Origin: Camelus dromedarius
Taxonomy: Eukaryota
DNA: 64,000 nt
NCBI RefSeq assembly: GCF_036321535.1
Contig: NC_087438.1
Location: 4,838,001 to 4,902,000 of the forward strand
Reading direction: 5' to 3'
Shown here: in pieces, positions 14,290-27,490 of the stretch
Layout of the letters: each line of letters starts with the position of its first letter
Position numbering within the stretch: the stretch's first letter is position 1
The notes under the pieces: generated by a model
Databases searched by the model: none
What the model saw: the letters and a program-made list of their open reading frames with translations, nothing else
Told to the model about the DNA's origin: nothing
Position numbers and translations under genes: made by a program

Positions 14290-14945
14290 CTGCTTCTCTG
14301 GATGGTGATCACCATAGAATGTGCATTTCATATGTGACGTTCTGAAAGCAACAAAGCTGTAAAGGCAGAGATCCGACAGGAAGGAGAATCGTTCAAGGAA
14401 GATCAGCGGTTGCCAAAGGCTGAGGGGAGAGTTAATGCAAAGGAGCAGCATGAAGGAAATTTGGGGGATGGAAATTCTCTGACTTCGATTATGATGATAT
14501 CTACACAGTTTTATGCATTTGACAAATATTGTGAGACTGTGTACCGAAAAAGTGAGGATCACTAAATTCATTTAAGAAATAAAAAATTTTAAAAACCCTC
14601 CAAATTAGCATGTGTATATCTGTCTTATTTCTTTCAAATGGCATATTTAATATATGTGCATTCTAGTGTCCAAATTAAAAGGAAAAAGAACCATAAAATG
14701 TATTGAACTTTAAAGATATACATGCTGAAGTGGTTAGTGGTAAAATTTACTAGTCTGTAACTTTGAAATACACCAAAAGATTAAAAAGAGAGAGAGGAAC
14801 TTATGGACAGACAAAAGGATAGATGGATGGCCAGAAATATGACAAAACAAATATAACAAAATGTTAAATGTAGAATCAGGGTGATGAGTACAATTCTTTA
14901 ACTTCCCTGTATGTTTGAAATTTCTTAGAATAAAATCTTGGGACA
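14290..14945 (+). mobile_element. Old L1 (L1MC/ME-like) 3' end fragments
   Basis: Typical motifs agatcagcggttgccaaaggctgagggg and cttccctgtatgtttgaaatttcttagaataaaa. Confidence 0.7.
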
Positions 14946-15083
14946 AGATTAGTGTGTGTCAAAATGTTAGACTTGTCATTGTAAATCGAATTGTGTTAAG
15001 AGGATATGATTTAGTTTGTAACAAGTATAAGAATATTTAGGACCATTCACGATTGACTCTATATATCATTTTAATATCTTAGA

Positions 15084-15307
15084 TCAAGTGTTGGCAATTT
15101 TTTTTCTGCAAAGGGCCAGATAGTAAATATTTGACACTTTTCAGGTAGTATGGTTTCTTTTTCAACTACTCAACTCTACCATTGGACCTAAAAAGCTGCT
15201 GTTGATAATATATAAACAAATGGGCGTGCTAGTGTTCCAACACAATTTTATTTACAAAACTGCAGCAAGATGGGTGTGGCCCACGGGTCAGAATTTGCTG
15301 TGCCCGT
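15084..15307. mobile_element. MER58A-like hAT-Charlie DNA transposon
   Basis: ttctgcaaagggccagatagtaaatattt...caactactcaactct...gtgttccaacacaattttatttacaaaa matches the recalled MER58A consensus. Confidence 0.85.
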
Positions 15308-16109
15308 ATTAGGTACGCGATCGCTAATTCTTGGACAACTGTACCTGCTCTGGTCCCAAACTTGCCAAGGTGTTGGGACTACTTAAAGTGAATATAAATC
15401 ATTAATTTTATGAACACAGTTTAAATTTTTAAGGAAATTCAACTAAATAAATTTGCAAATGATGAATCATTTAAGGGAGTTTAGTGAGGGCAGGATGTGA
15501 GCTAGTCCAACAGCAATTATAGTCATATTATCAGAAGGTGATTGTTTTTATCTTGTCAGTGTTATTAATAGCATAGGTAGATCTACAATTGGAAATGAAA
15601 ATATGAAGTTTTTTTAAACTTAATTTTTAAAATGTATCATCCTTACTCATTTGGATATCACTTTATAACCAAATTACCTATAATTAATCCTCTCTGCACA
15701 CGATTCTAGCATCTCAAAAATCCACACCAATGTAAGGTAGACTAAGGCATTCGGATTCATTTGAAGTAAAATCATAAATTATCAGAGGGTTTACAGGGAA
15801 ACGGCAATTGGATTTAGGTGTTTTGGGAAGATTCCTCTGGCTGCTGAGTGGAGAATGGATTTGAGGACGGAAGGATAGTTAGCAGGCCACTGAAGCATGA
15901 AGGCATGGATGACGGTGGCTTAGACTGAGTGTGTAATTCCACCAAAAGTGAGTCATAAAGCAAAGACCACGTCCCAAATTTCGGCTTGAGCCACCAGGTG
16001 GATGTAAATACTGCTAACAAGATGGCAGCCCAAAGGAGCAGCAATTTTGGATGCTTCTGCCTACTGGACACAAACAACAGTTCAGAGGGGGCCCAGTGGG
16101 TCCTAAGGG

Positions 16110-16420
16110 TAGGCTGAGAGTCCAAAGTGGGCAGCTGTGCTCTGAGAGGCAGCCCAGGGACCAGGCCCCTCCTCCTTTCCTGCTCTGCCATCCTTCGGGG
16201 GTTCGGGGTTTCCTTCTGGGTCTGTGTTGTAGGAAGGAAAGGGGTGGAGAGCACGCTCCATCACACCTGCCTGAATGTCGTCACCACACGTGGTCACACG
16301 ACCACAGCTCCCTGCAAGGGAAGCTGGGATGCGTGTCCTTGGGTGGATGTCCATCTGCCCAGCTACAGCCTGGGGGGTTCTCTAACTGGACATTTATATT
16401 TAGGGACAATCAACAACTTT
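16110..16420 (-). mobile_element. Old MLT1 (J/L-like) MaLR LTR fragment
   Basis: cccagggaccaggcccctcctcc..ctgctctgccatcctt and ggtcacacgaccacagctccctgcaagggaagctgggat. Confidence 0.55.
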
Positions 16421-18609
16421 TGTTGCAAGATCTGAATGTAAATGAAGAGCAGACTGTTGGATACACAAAGCTGCAGTTCTGGGAGAGTTTCATGTTGGTG
16501 AGAAACAGGTGCTACCTAATGATATTGAAGATAGAGGCATTTAATGAGATTAGAGATTATCCATCACATATTCCTTGTTATTTATTTTAGAAACTAATGT
16601 TCTTTTCCGGCCATTTTGGAGTCCTTTGGAAGAAAAGACTGTGCAGGTGTTCTCCACTGATAAACCCACCAGCTTGTGGGCTTTGGCCTTCTGGTGGCAG
16701 AGGACAGCCACGCGAGGCAAGGTGGGCTATGACTGCCCTGCAACCTTTGCCTCCACACCTGGGACACTGCAGCAAGTAGACAAAAACATAATAAAGAGAC
16801 CAAGGGATATATAGAGACCTAGGATTTGGAACAATAGAGCTCACAAAACGCAGTTTGGAGAGAATTGTAATAAAGAACAGTCTTGGGACAGTAACCTCTC
16901 GTGTCTCTTACCTCAATCTGCCTTAGTTCATTCTTTTTGCATAATTATAAGTGATGACGAAACAATAATCTTTTTGCATAATTATAAGGTTAGGTCAAAC
17001 TAAAATTCTGTCAATGTTTTGTGGTCATTCCATGAGGATAGATGGACACTTTGCCCAAAACTTGGTTTGAGTGTTGGGGCTCAGGATACTCTATTCATCA
17101 AGAGAATTTGGGGGAAAGATTCAGGCAGGCACACCCGCTGCAGGCTGGCTTAGGCAAGGAGGAAAGAAAGTTTCAACTTAAGGGGCTCCTCGGGGGTGGG
17201 ACTGGGGAAACGTTGCCACGTGCAGGAGGTTTAAATTTCCCACCAGTGCTTAAGGGTGAGGTGCAAATGTGGGGTTTCCTATCCGCCTGTCCAGACGTGG
17301 GCAAAGGAAGAAAGGTATCGTGAGCTCTGGAAAGAAGTCATCGGTCACACATCAATGATGGAGACAATCTTTATTACGTGGAAGCTGGTTAGAAATAAGG
17401 GCAGGGCGTTATGGTGGAGAATTATTAGATGATACGCTGCATGATAACGAAGCTCTTGTCTCAGGAGACGTCTCCTCCGTGTGGCTTAATTTCAGGGGGA
17501 GCATCACGTCTGAGGAGCAAGTAGAACAAGGAAACCCAGCTCAGAGCTGGCCTTTAACAGGCTCGGTTAGCCTGGGTAAGAAACTCCCACTCCACTTGCG
17601 GCGGCTTCTGCTTCCACAGCGGTAAACGCTGATGATAAGAGGACGGCTGGCAGGATGGAGTAGGTTGCTATACATGAGGCACTTAGTGTTTGGCACATTT
17701 TAGCACTTAATGCGTATCATACAGTATTGCTCTTATTAAAGTAATCTCTTTTACATAAAGTCGGTGGTCATCTTTAGACTCTTTCAAGATGTCCTACAGA
17801 GTTAAGTAGTTCAAAGCACATACATAAAGGAGTTGGCCGAGAATTTTATTAAACTACCTATTTTATTTCCTTTTAGAAAACCTTAGAGAAGGTGGTGGAA
17901 CTCAATGGATCTCTGCATAAAATCTAGAAAGGGCCTGGAGGCCCTAACTGGAAAGGGTGCAAGTCCTTGGGAGAAGGGCCTCCTTCTACAATCCAAAGTG
18001 AGGCTCACCAGAGGGCTGATTTCCATCATAAGTGGCAAGGAGTCACATAGTTTTCATTTGTGCTCTGTAATCTCAAAGTAGCAAAACACCCCTTAAAAGG
18101 AAGCACTCTGGGGAGCCCACAGAGAAAATTAAGCCAGTGATAAGGGAATTCAAATGCCACATGCCAGAGGGAATGTACAAGGAAACATGCCCATAACATA
18201 TAAAGAAAGGTGCAAGGTCAGGCAGAACGCAGGCCCCTGTGGTTCAGAGTCCCTTCCTCGGTGGGACAGGCACGCGAGGGGCAGGGAGTAGGAGGGGTGG
18301 CTCTCCCAGAAGGTCCTGGGGCCATGGCCCCACTTTCAGGAGGAGAGGGGAGGTGCGGCCCCCGGCAGACCTGGGACAGCCTCACATTTGGTGAGGAGAG
18401 TCCCCAGAAGGACGCCCCAGGCTTCCCTCGGGGGAAGAGCAGGCCCATGTTCCACATCCAGGATGCTTACAGTCGGCTTCCTTTGGAGTCATAACCACAG
18501 AATCTCACCAAGCAATCTGCCAACAACAGTGGACTTGGATGAAGTTTTGTTTTATATATACATGGAAGAATGTCAAATTATTATTTTCTTAAAAACAAAA
18601 ACAAGGCCC

Positions 18610-18885
18610 TCTGATAAAAAGAACCAAGAAGAAATATGAACACCTGTTGATGAAATGCATGCTAAAGAATTTAGGCATGATGTAAACCAGTGCAAACAAC
18701 TTCATCATGCACAAAAATTAGTGTAGACTGATTGATGGACAGAGGAATAGATAAAGGGATAGACGTGGTGAGGTGGACACAGTAAAAAATAGAATTTAAG
18801 AGGTGGTTGTATGGGTGTTTCCTATACAATTCTTTCAACTTGTCTTTATATTTGAGTATTTTCTAAATAAAATTTTAGAGAAAAT
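18610..18885 (+). mobile_element. Old L1 3' end fragment
   Basis: atgggtgtttcctatacaattctttcaacttgtctttatatttgagtattttctaaataaaa. Confidence 0.65.
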
Positions 18886-19494
18886 AGTAAAAACACTTTA
18901 TATTATAGCTAGACTGAATCAAATGTTTAACCCCAGTCAGGTAAGCAGTTCATGATTTCAAGTTTAGGAAACTTGCAAAGAACGATTGTTTCTATTAGAA
19001 AATGTGTGTAAATAAAAGACCAAGCATTAGTCTTTGGACCAGTAGAGCGACTTGTGCTCAGCACCAAGGACAGTGACCAACTCCAAAGATGAATTTGTCT
19101 TCAGCCACTAAGGAAAAGATGGAAACCTGCTGCCTTTACCAAAGAAGACACTCAATCTTTATATCAGATTTTATTTTCAATTCCAGAGGAAATATTCTAA
19201 CAGATATTTGTCCAACTTTCTCATTTGTTATTTACCTGACAGGAACTGTGATTACACATTATCTGGATCCAAAGAACAATAGGACTTGGCTCTAAGGGAG
19301 CTTACAGTCAAAAAGAGGAATGAATACATATTAATCAAAGACTCAGGTGCCCAAGACCATGCAGGAAACGGGAGATCTGGCTTCATCCTGAAGTATAACT
19401 TGGGTGTCACTTTGCAAAGCTAATTGCCTAAATATCCCTCCACATGCTAACCACAAAATGTACAGGGTGAATCCTCATATCATGTATTGCTGAA

Positions 19495-19830
19495 AGACAT
19501 ATTTTATATAATAATGTTAGTAATAATAGCATGTAGTATATATTATACTGAAAATAATATATATCGTACTACATATATAATAATGACTTGTATTACACAC
19601 TTGTACTATATATAATAAAATACATACAATATTAGTATTCAATAATACAGTATAATAATATTATATGTTAACATAAGTATATTATATAGTTATATAATAT
19701 CAATATAATAGATAATGTGTAATATATTATTATGATATTATTGTTGTATATGTCTAATAAATATAAAAATACTTCTATTTTAGATATGTAAGCTTAACAA
19801 ATAGTTAAATATAAACTTTTTTTAAACCAT
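19495..19830. repeat. AT-rich low-complexity tract
   Basis: Decayed (TA/TAA)-type composition; a similar tract lies at about 28790-28980. Confidence 0.8.
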
Positions 19831-20404
19831 TAATTTAATTATAAATCTTCAGATGTTTCCTGTCATTTTGGTTCGTTCTTCTATGATGCTAAAAATTCAC
19901 TTGGGCACTTCTCATGTGATGATATGAAAATTAAATGATGTGATTTGAATGAAGAAGACTTGAAGGTCAGACCAGGATTTAGAGCTAACAATTTGGAGAA
20001 TTAGGAGGATGTGAAATTCTTGTTAAGTTCCTGAAAACAATATTTTTCTTTACCATCCCTAAGATAAATGTTTTGCTAAATTATTGGGAAGTAGATTTGT
20101 TTTTAATTTAAGTGAAGTTGTACTGCTATTTTTTGTATATATAATACATATATAATTGACTTTTTCCCTTTAGATTGTCTTTGAGAGAGCTCCTGCCTTC
20201 TGAGCTTAACAGAAAGGAGCAGCCAAAATTTATTCTATTAGGAAAGAGGAAAAGAACAACAAAGTAAATGAATTACCTTCTTTAGTTGGCTGGAAGGTCA
20301 CTGTGTCCCACTTTGATATTCCCTTAATGTTTAATTCTTTTGGATGCCAAGCAAAATCAGGCTGAAACTCTTCATCAACAAGATCCAAGCCAGCGTGGTG
20401 GGCC

Positions 20405-20800
20405 AAACAGGATGGTTAAAATTAAATCTGAGTAGGAGAACATTTCATGGTTGCCAGGGGACAGGGATGGGGTGGGGGTGGGTGCAGAGAGAGTGCCTTC
20501 ATGGTGGCAGAACAGTCCTGCATCTTGGCTGTGGTGGGGTCACCTGTGGGATCAGACTGCACAAAACTGCGTGTGTGCAGACACACACACACACGCACAC
20601 ACACACACAAGTGCGTGCAGACACTGGTGGGAACTGAATACAGTCTGCAGTCTAGTTAACAGGATTATACCAAAGTCATTTTCCTGGTTTTAATGTTTTC
20701 TTACGTTCATATGAGATATCACTGTTGGTACATGAGTCTCTACCTACTGTTTTTGTAACTGCCTGTGAGTTTATACTTATTTCAAAAGAAATGTTTAAAA
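20405..20800 (+). mobile_element. Old L1 (L1MC-like) 3' end with internal CA repeat
   Basis: catggttgccaggggacagggatgggg...tactgtttttgtaactgcctgtgagtttatacttatttcaaaag. Confidence 0.7.
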
Positions 20801-21152
20801 GCTAATATTCAAAGAAGGTAATGGTATTGAACCCTACCAAATGCTACTTTTAATGAGAGAACACCAGCCTTCCATCCAATTAAAAAAATACGACAATGGA
20901 ACTTGCTGTCTGTCTGGTGAAAATGATTATGAACAGGAGAAGCGTAAATGCTTAAGCTCATTTATTTTCTTCTTTAGTTGTTTAGATCTTACTTATTTTA
21001 GTTTTTTATTGCTCAGGTTATTAGTAGCTTAATTAAATATGCTATTTTAAAGCAGAGTTGACAATTCAATAGAATCTTCATGGGCTATGGAGGTTTACAA
21101 ATAATATTTAAAACAGTAAGAAATAGATTTTATAGCAACCGTATAAAATATT

Positions 21153-21642
21153 CTTTTTTAATTTTAATTTTCACTGAGGTATAGTTGATTTACAGTGTTT
21201 CAGGTGTACAGCAAAGTGATTCAGGTATACATATATGTATATACATATAAATATGTATTCTTTTTCATATTATTTTCCATTACAGGTTATTACAAGATAT
21301 TGAATGTAGTTCCCTGTGCTCTACAGTAGAACCTTGTTGTTTATTTTGTATATAGTAGTTTGTGTCTGCTAATCCCAAACTCCTTATTTATCCCTCCCCC
21401 TCTTTCCCATTTGGTAACCGTAAGTTTGTTTTCTATGTCTGTGAGTTTCTTTCTGGTTTGTAAATAAGTTCATTTGTGTCATTTTTTTTTAGATTCCATA
21501 TATAAGGGATACCATATGATATTTCTCTTTCTCTGTTGACTTACTTCACTTAGTATAACAATTTCTAGGTCTATCCATGTTGCTGCAAATGGCATTATTT
21601 CATTCTTTTTATGGCTGAGTAATATTCCACTCTGTGTGTGTA

Positions 21643-21676
<34 letters not shown>

Positions 21677-21828
21677 CTATATATACGTATATATATATGG
21701 TACATATATATATATAGATAGATATCAGTAATATTCCATTGTATATTTATATATATATACACTCACCACAACTTTGTGCATTCATCTGCTGATGGACATT
21801 CAGGTTGCTTCCGTGTCTTGGCTATTCT
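21153..21828 (-). mobile_element. L1 3' end (lineage type) with internal (TG)n(TA)n microsatellite
   Basis: gtatagttgatttacagtgtttcaggtgtacagcaaagtgattcag...tctatccatgttgctgcaaatggcattatttcattctttttatggctgagtaatattcc. Confidence 0.9.
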
Positions 21829-23289
21829 AAGAATAGCAAGACAATCTCGACATTCAATTCTCTAATGGAAATAGAACTCTCAGGGTGAAACTCCTTGTCC
21901 ATCATTGTTTACAAGCACCTTGAACAACCTTCGCCTGCTAGGTGGTGCATGCCTCAGGGTAAGGAGACTCAAGCTGTGCTCTCGTTTTGCTCTCCAGCCG
22001 CTGGCGCAGGACCATGCACAGGAGGCAGGCTCTGTGTGGCACCTTCGCTGACTTGCTCACGTAAACCCTGTGTTACTAGCAGGCCTAACAGAGCCGTGCT
22101 CCTTGGGCAGCTGGGAACCCTTCCTTGCTTGTAAAAGGGGTACAGAAAAGAGACTTTCTTGACTTCTCAGAGGGGTGATGGTGTTAGAAATTTCCAATTT
22201 TTAGCAGACACTAAAAGTGACTTCTGCCAGCAGTAAGTTTTATAAACAGAACAGCAAAGGTGACCTGGCTCTCCAGGCACAGAAAGCAAAGATTCTGTGT
22301 CATGAGGGCCTGACCTTACTTCTGTGTTTTCCACTTGAATCTTTTTTCTGAAGCTTATTTACTGCCCGCAAGTGAATGCTGTCTGACTTACATTTAAACA
22401 TGTAAACGTAAAAAAATTTCATCTGATCTCTTGGCGACTGTAGAGAAGAAAGCAACCCCCCTTCTTCCCTATTTGAGTCCTGAGAAGTCAAGGTGGACGT
22501 GTCTGCAAGGGGTCTGTGGAGCTACGAGTCCCTGAGAGGACGGCGCCTGTCCACGGGGGATGGGAAAATGGGAGGAACCTTCCTGCAGGACCACCTTCCA
22601 GCCGTCCTGTTGGACTAGATTTTCAGATCTCACCTCTGCGGTCAGCCATTCTCTCTGGCAAGACTGACACGCTGATTCTTCCTTGGAACAAGGGCTACTT
22701 TCAGGGACCAAAGCTCTTCCACTACCTCTGAGTTGGATCTGAGGGGGAGGAGGGCCTGTCTGAGTCTTGACCCCAAAAGAAACAATTAAAAACACCCCAA
22801 ACAGCCACAAAGCAACCATCCACGTTTACCCCCAAGATAATAACAAGATGGTCCTGCAAAGAAATGTTGCCATCAGAACAGAAGCAGAATTTGTACCTTG
22901 TTCCTGAAGCTTTCTTGCATTAAATATCTATGGAATTATGTTCTGTGAGAGCGATTAGCTTGCCTGCTTTCAGCACTGGGGTGTTCAAAACAAGATGGAG
23001 ACACAGGGCAATGGATGCTCAGACCTGCTGAGCTGCAGGTAGGAACATCTTCCTCTCTGGCCACAGAAACTTCAAGGACTGAGACCTGGACCATCCCCAC
23101 TATTCCAGAGTGGACAGGGGTAAAGAGTTTCAGAAGAGAACTAAAATCAGAGCAATGGGCCACTACGACCTTCCCTTTGCTGGTCACCTGTCATTATATT
23201 GGCAGGTTCACCGAGTCAGATAAGGCACAGCGAGGTCAAGGTGGGCCTGGAGGGTTCACTGTGGGGAGGGCTCAGCCACTGAGATGCAC

Positions 23290-23875
23290 GTGCCTGGGGA
23301 GTCCTCAGGGTGATAGCGCTAACGGGGACAGCTGCCAGCTGAGGCAAGTGTGCAGGGCTGAGCAGGATCCCAGGGGAGGGAGCACTGGCCAGGGAAATTG
23401 GAAGGGTCCCAACCAGAGTGGGCTGAGGGGCAGAGGCAGGTGCTAGAAGGGAACTTGAAAGCTGAGCAGGAAGCTGGGGCTGAAGATGGGTCCCTGCAGA
23501 CGTGACTGACAGTTCAGAGATGCTCTTGATTCATGTAATGAAGTTCTGGTGCTGGACCAGCCAGACCAGGTCTCCCACGTCATGGACCTTACAGTCTAGG
23601 GTCTGACAAATACATCCACAGGGTAGCAGCAGCAGATGCCCATGCGGTGGTGAAAAGAACAATGCATAGGTGAGGCAGGTGCCCCAGGGCAATCACTTCA
23701 GCCAGGGCAGGTAGGGGAGCTTTCTGAGAAGGGGCCAGGGAGATGCTGGAGAGCTGGGACAGAACATGTGGGGAGGGAGAGGAGCCGGAGGCAAAGGTGG
23801 GAGACGAGAAAGCCTGTGGCACTTTTGAGAAGCAGTGAGGATGCCTGTGTGCCTGGATGTTGAAGGTCAGCTGTG
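23290..23875 (-). mobile_element. L2 fragments
   Basis: Purine-rich L2-like motifs (ggggagctttctgagaagggg, ggcaaagg..gcctgtggcacttttgagaagcag). Similar pieces lie at about 12960-13420 and 15810-16010. Confidence 0.5.
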
Positions 23876-24639
23876 ACACAGGTAAGCCTTAGGACCCAAA
23901 TCATTTTTTTCCCTTTAGTTTCAAGTTTGGGGTATTTACGGAATCAGGTTATATTCATCCCTGTGTGTGGTGCTGTAGGTATTTGGGATTCGGCTTTTGG
24001 GTTCTAATACATCTTTGTTCTGTAGGTACAGAGGAAGAGAGATTCTACAATGCAATTTCAAGTCTCTACCTTAAGTTGTAAGTTTATCCTTATGGTAAAC
24101 CTCCAGTATCTTTATTTAAAAGAAATACATACACGCAAAAATCTTTTCACTTTATCTCTGGCATCTTTTTTGCAAGGTAAGTTTTTTTTTTAAATCAAGT
24201 GATTATTTGGGGGGACAATAGTTAATAATGTCTCCCTAGTCCCAACTCGGTACAGGACACCTAACACAGAGAGCAACAGGAGAGAAGAGACAGCACTGCC
24301 TGGGCCAGAATTTCCTCCTCCCTGTCATGCCCTTATGCCACAGAAGACCAAATACCACCCCGATACCCAGACCTCAAACGGAAGCTCAGGAGCAAAAATC
24401 AAAATCTGTTCTGCATCTGATAGGAAGTAAGTCAAATCGCTAACATCACATCAGAGCAAGGAGAAAATGCTGGTTCAGCTGTTAAACCCTGAGCCGGATA
24501 AAGAGAATTCTGCAGGATGTCTACAATCACGGCTCATCCAAAAATGTACCAGAAAGAAGCACACCTCGTAAATGACAGGCTAAGAAGGCAAGAGGAAAAC
24601 AAAATTCAAGAAGCACAAGGGAATCTGTCACAAATGTGC

Positions 24640-25380
24640 CATGCTGTGTGACAAGTTAATGAGACACGCATTCAAGGAAATACTAGCTCAGAGACAATGT
24701 GAATAAACAAGCGGATGAGATGAAAAGGGAGATGGCATGCCCAAAGAAACACGTTTGAAGAACAAAATATTCTTACTGAATTAATAGATAAAACAGAAAC
24801 AGCGAGAAAGAGCACGGGACCTACACTAAAGTCAAATCATCCACTAAGGAGATTTCAGATGATCAGAGATGATCTAAGCGCAGATAATTATGATATATAT
24901 TTTATTATAATCAGAGAAGCTAGTAGATAAGGAAAACAGACTAGAATGACCTGATGTGCTTGCTGGCCATTAGGATGAAATCACAATACACTTCAAAGGT
25001 ACGTGAAAAATCCCTGAGTTTGTAAAAGAACCAAATCTACGGTTAGAAAATCACACTGAGTTCACGAAGACTGAAATGCAATCTCCAACACCAGGACAAC
25101 GCTGAGGAGAAGCTGAAGGACAAGGACAAAGGACAGGAGGACCAGCTAATCTCAGGAAGAAAGCCTCGGTGGTCCCTGACTACTGACTGCAGCGCAAGGT
25201 GTGACACCCGCAAAGCGCCCAAGAGACAAAATAAAGCAAGAACACTGTTGTCTGCTGAATCGTCACTGATGGGTAAGACATTTAGGCACGAAAGCGCTTA
25301 GGAGATACAATCCCCAAAATCCCTTCCTGAGCAAAAAACAAAAACCCAACCACTAAATGATGAAATCTATGCAGTCGTCC
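24640..25380 (+). mobile_element. Ancient L1 ORF1-region remnant
   Basis: A-rich decayed sequence with ORF1-like motifs (aaaatccctgagtttgtaaaagaaccaaatctacggttagaaaa, ccaacaccaggaca). Confidence 0.5.
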
Positions 25381-25439
25381 CACGGATTTCACAAACATCC
25401 TCCCATTGAAGCTTCATGTTTATTTTATGATGGGGCGTG

Positions 25440-26070
25440 GCTTGCTATTTAGTTATTTATGACCGTATAACAGATACCCCAAAGCTCAGTGGCTTAAAAC
25501 AATACACATTTATTATCTCACCGTTTCTGTGGACCAGGAATTTGGGAGTGGCTGAGTTGGATGATTCTGGCTCAGAGTCTCCAGTGAAAAATTACAGTCA
25601 AAATGTGGGTGGGAGCTGCAATCATATGAAGTATCTTTTTTGTATTTAAAGTTTTTATTTATTTTTTCTTCCTTATTACATTGGCCCCCAATGCAATGTT
25701 GAATAGAAATGATGATAGTGGATATTTTTGTTTTGTTCCATTACTCAAGCATATGAAGATTTGACTTAGGCTGGAAGAGTCATTTCTGAGACGATCCACC
25801 CCCAGAGCAGTTGTGGTTCACCGTCAGCTCCCCCTCGCTGGACTGCCCCGCAAGGCTCCTTGAGTGTCCCTGCAACATGGCGGCGGGCTTCCCCAGGTGG
25901 GTCCTTCAAGGAGGAGACCAAAGAGTAAACTGCCTTTCGTGACCGAGTCTCAGAAACCACACAACACCATGCAGACCACGTTACTGAGTCCAGTCCACGC
26001 TCCCTCAGGGGGCAACAGGCTCCAGTTGTAGAAGGGAGAACTGCTGAAGACTTTGTAGACATATTTCAAA
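25440..26070 (-). mobile_element. MLT1 MaLR LTR (interrupted)
   Basis: cccaaagctcagtggcttaaaacaatacacatttattatctcaccgtttctgtggaccaggaatttgggag. Confidence 0.75.
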
Positions 26071-27439
26071 GTAAACGCCAGGTACTATTTTCAGTACACG
26101 GGTTTGGCAACAGAAGCTCAGAGCATTTGCTCTATTTGACTCCAATCAAGTGGTGGCATTAGAACTTTTTGCTTCCGGCTTCTACTTTCTGTCTTCACGC
26201 CCCCTCCCTGCCCCCAGCATGCTGAACATTCTTATTAAAGGCATAACATTCTTTTTTCTGTTGCAATCTGGTATTTATCCTCTCAATCACTTTTAGAGAA
26301 AGGTTTTTTTAAACACAATTTCTCCTTAAAACATTGCTGTGGCATTAGAGTTTTCTACTCTAAGGCAAATAGAAAAACAGTTTGTCCCAAATTTGTCATT
26401 TAAATTTTTTTCAACTATTTTAGACATTTTCTTCCCCAGGGATAAAAGCTTTTTCCATTTCCCCCTCTTCTCTGACCCTTCCAGGTTAGCTTTTAAGAAG
26501 ATTATGATGTCAAAGAATCATTCTTATTGCCAGAGATATCTGAGTTTCTTTTTGGAAGAATTTTAATAAAGTTTCTGTTTGATGCAGGCAGGCTGAAGAT
26601 TCATTGTTTATACTAGAGAGAAAGCAAAAGTAGGATGCAAAGAAAGAAGAATTAGAATGTTCAGCTACAATCTGGACATTTCTCACTTGGAAGAGATCTT
26701 AATTGACATGAAAATAATGCCACAGAAAAATTCCAGACCTGAGGCTGGAGAATCTCTCCAAGGTCCCGTCTTTCCTCAGTTCAGCTTGAATGGTGTCACT
26801 TTCTTTTGACAGAGGAGGGCGTTTGGGCAGAGACTTGAAGGCTCTTCCGACTGCGTGCCTGCCTACACCCCGCTTCGCCCCGGCTCTGTGAGGGCTGCAG
26901 TTTTTCTCATGCTCTGTCTTCAACACGTGAAGGGAGAGGAAGATGATCTCTACTATTTCCTAGGTTTATTTCACTTGTTTCAAAGTCTCAGTCTGGAGGC
27001 ATTCTCTAGCTCCTAATCTTGTCTAAATCCATGTCTATTTACAAAATCTCCACGGTTTATCTAAGACTCCAATCCCCATTCTCCATTCTGTTAGTGTTGT
27101 TTTGGTGGCTCCGTAGTGATAAAAAGTGAGAAAAGACTCGTCTCTCTAAGGACACCTTTTTATTCCAGCAGCAACAGACTTTCGTCACTTACCTCCACTT
27201 TCCTTGGCTTTGGTGACTCAGCAAATACGCAAGAACTTGGGGAACATGAGGCATTTCAGAGAGTGTGGAGTTAGCTCAGAGATGCGTACCAGTGCCGGTC
27301 CAAGTCTTCCAGGTTCTGGGTTCTTCTTTCCCCTCTTTTAGTTCATGTAGCATAAATTTCCAGACACTTCTTTCTGACTGCATCTAAAAATGACAAACAT
27401 TGTCTTCCAACTGACATCCCTGTAAAGGATGTTCTTGAG

Positions 27440-27490
<51 letters not shown>
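27440..27490. repeat. Compound (TG)n(TA)n microsatellite
   Basis: Read directly from the sequence. Confidence 0.95.

Noticed and set aside
16051..16590. Longest ORF in the track (179 aa)
   Set aside because: Lies in a GC-rich MLT1-like remnant and has no domain similarity.
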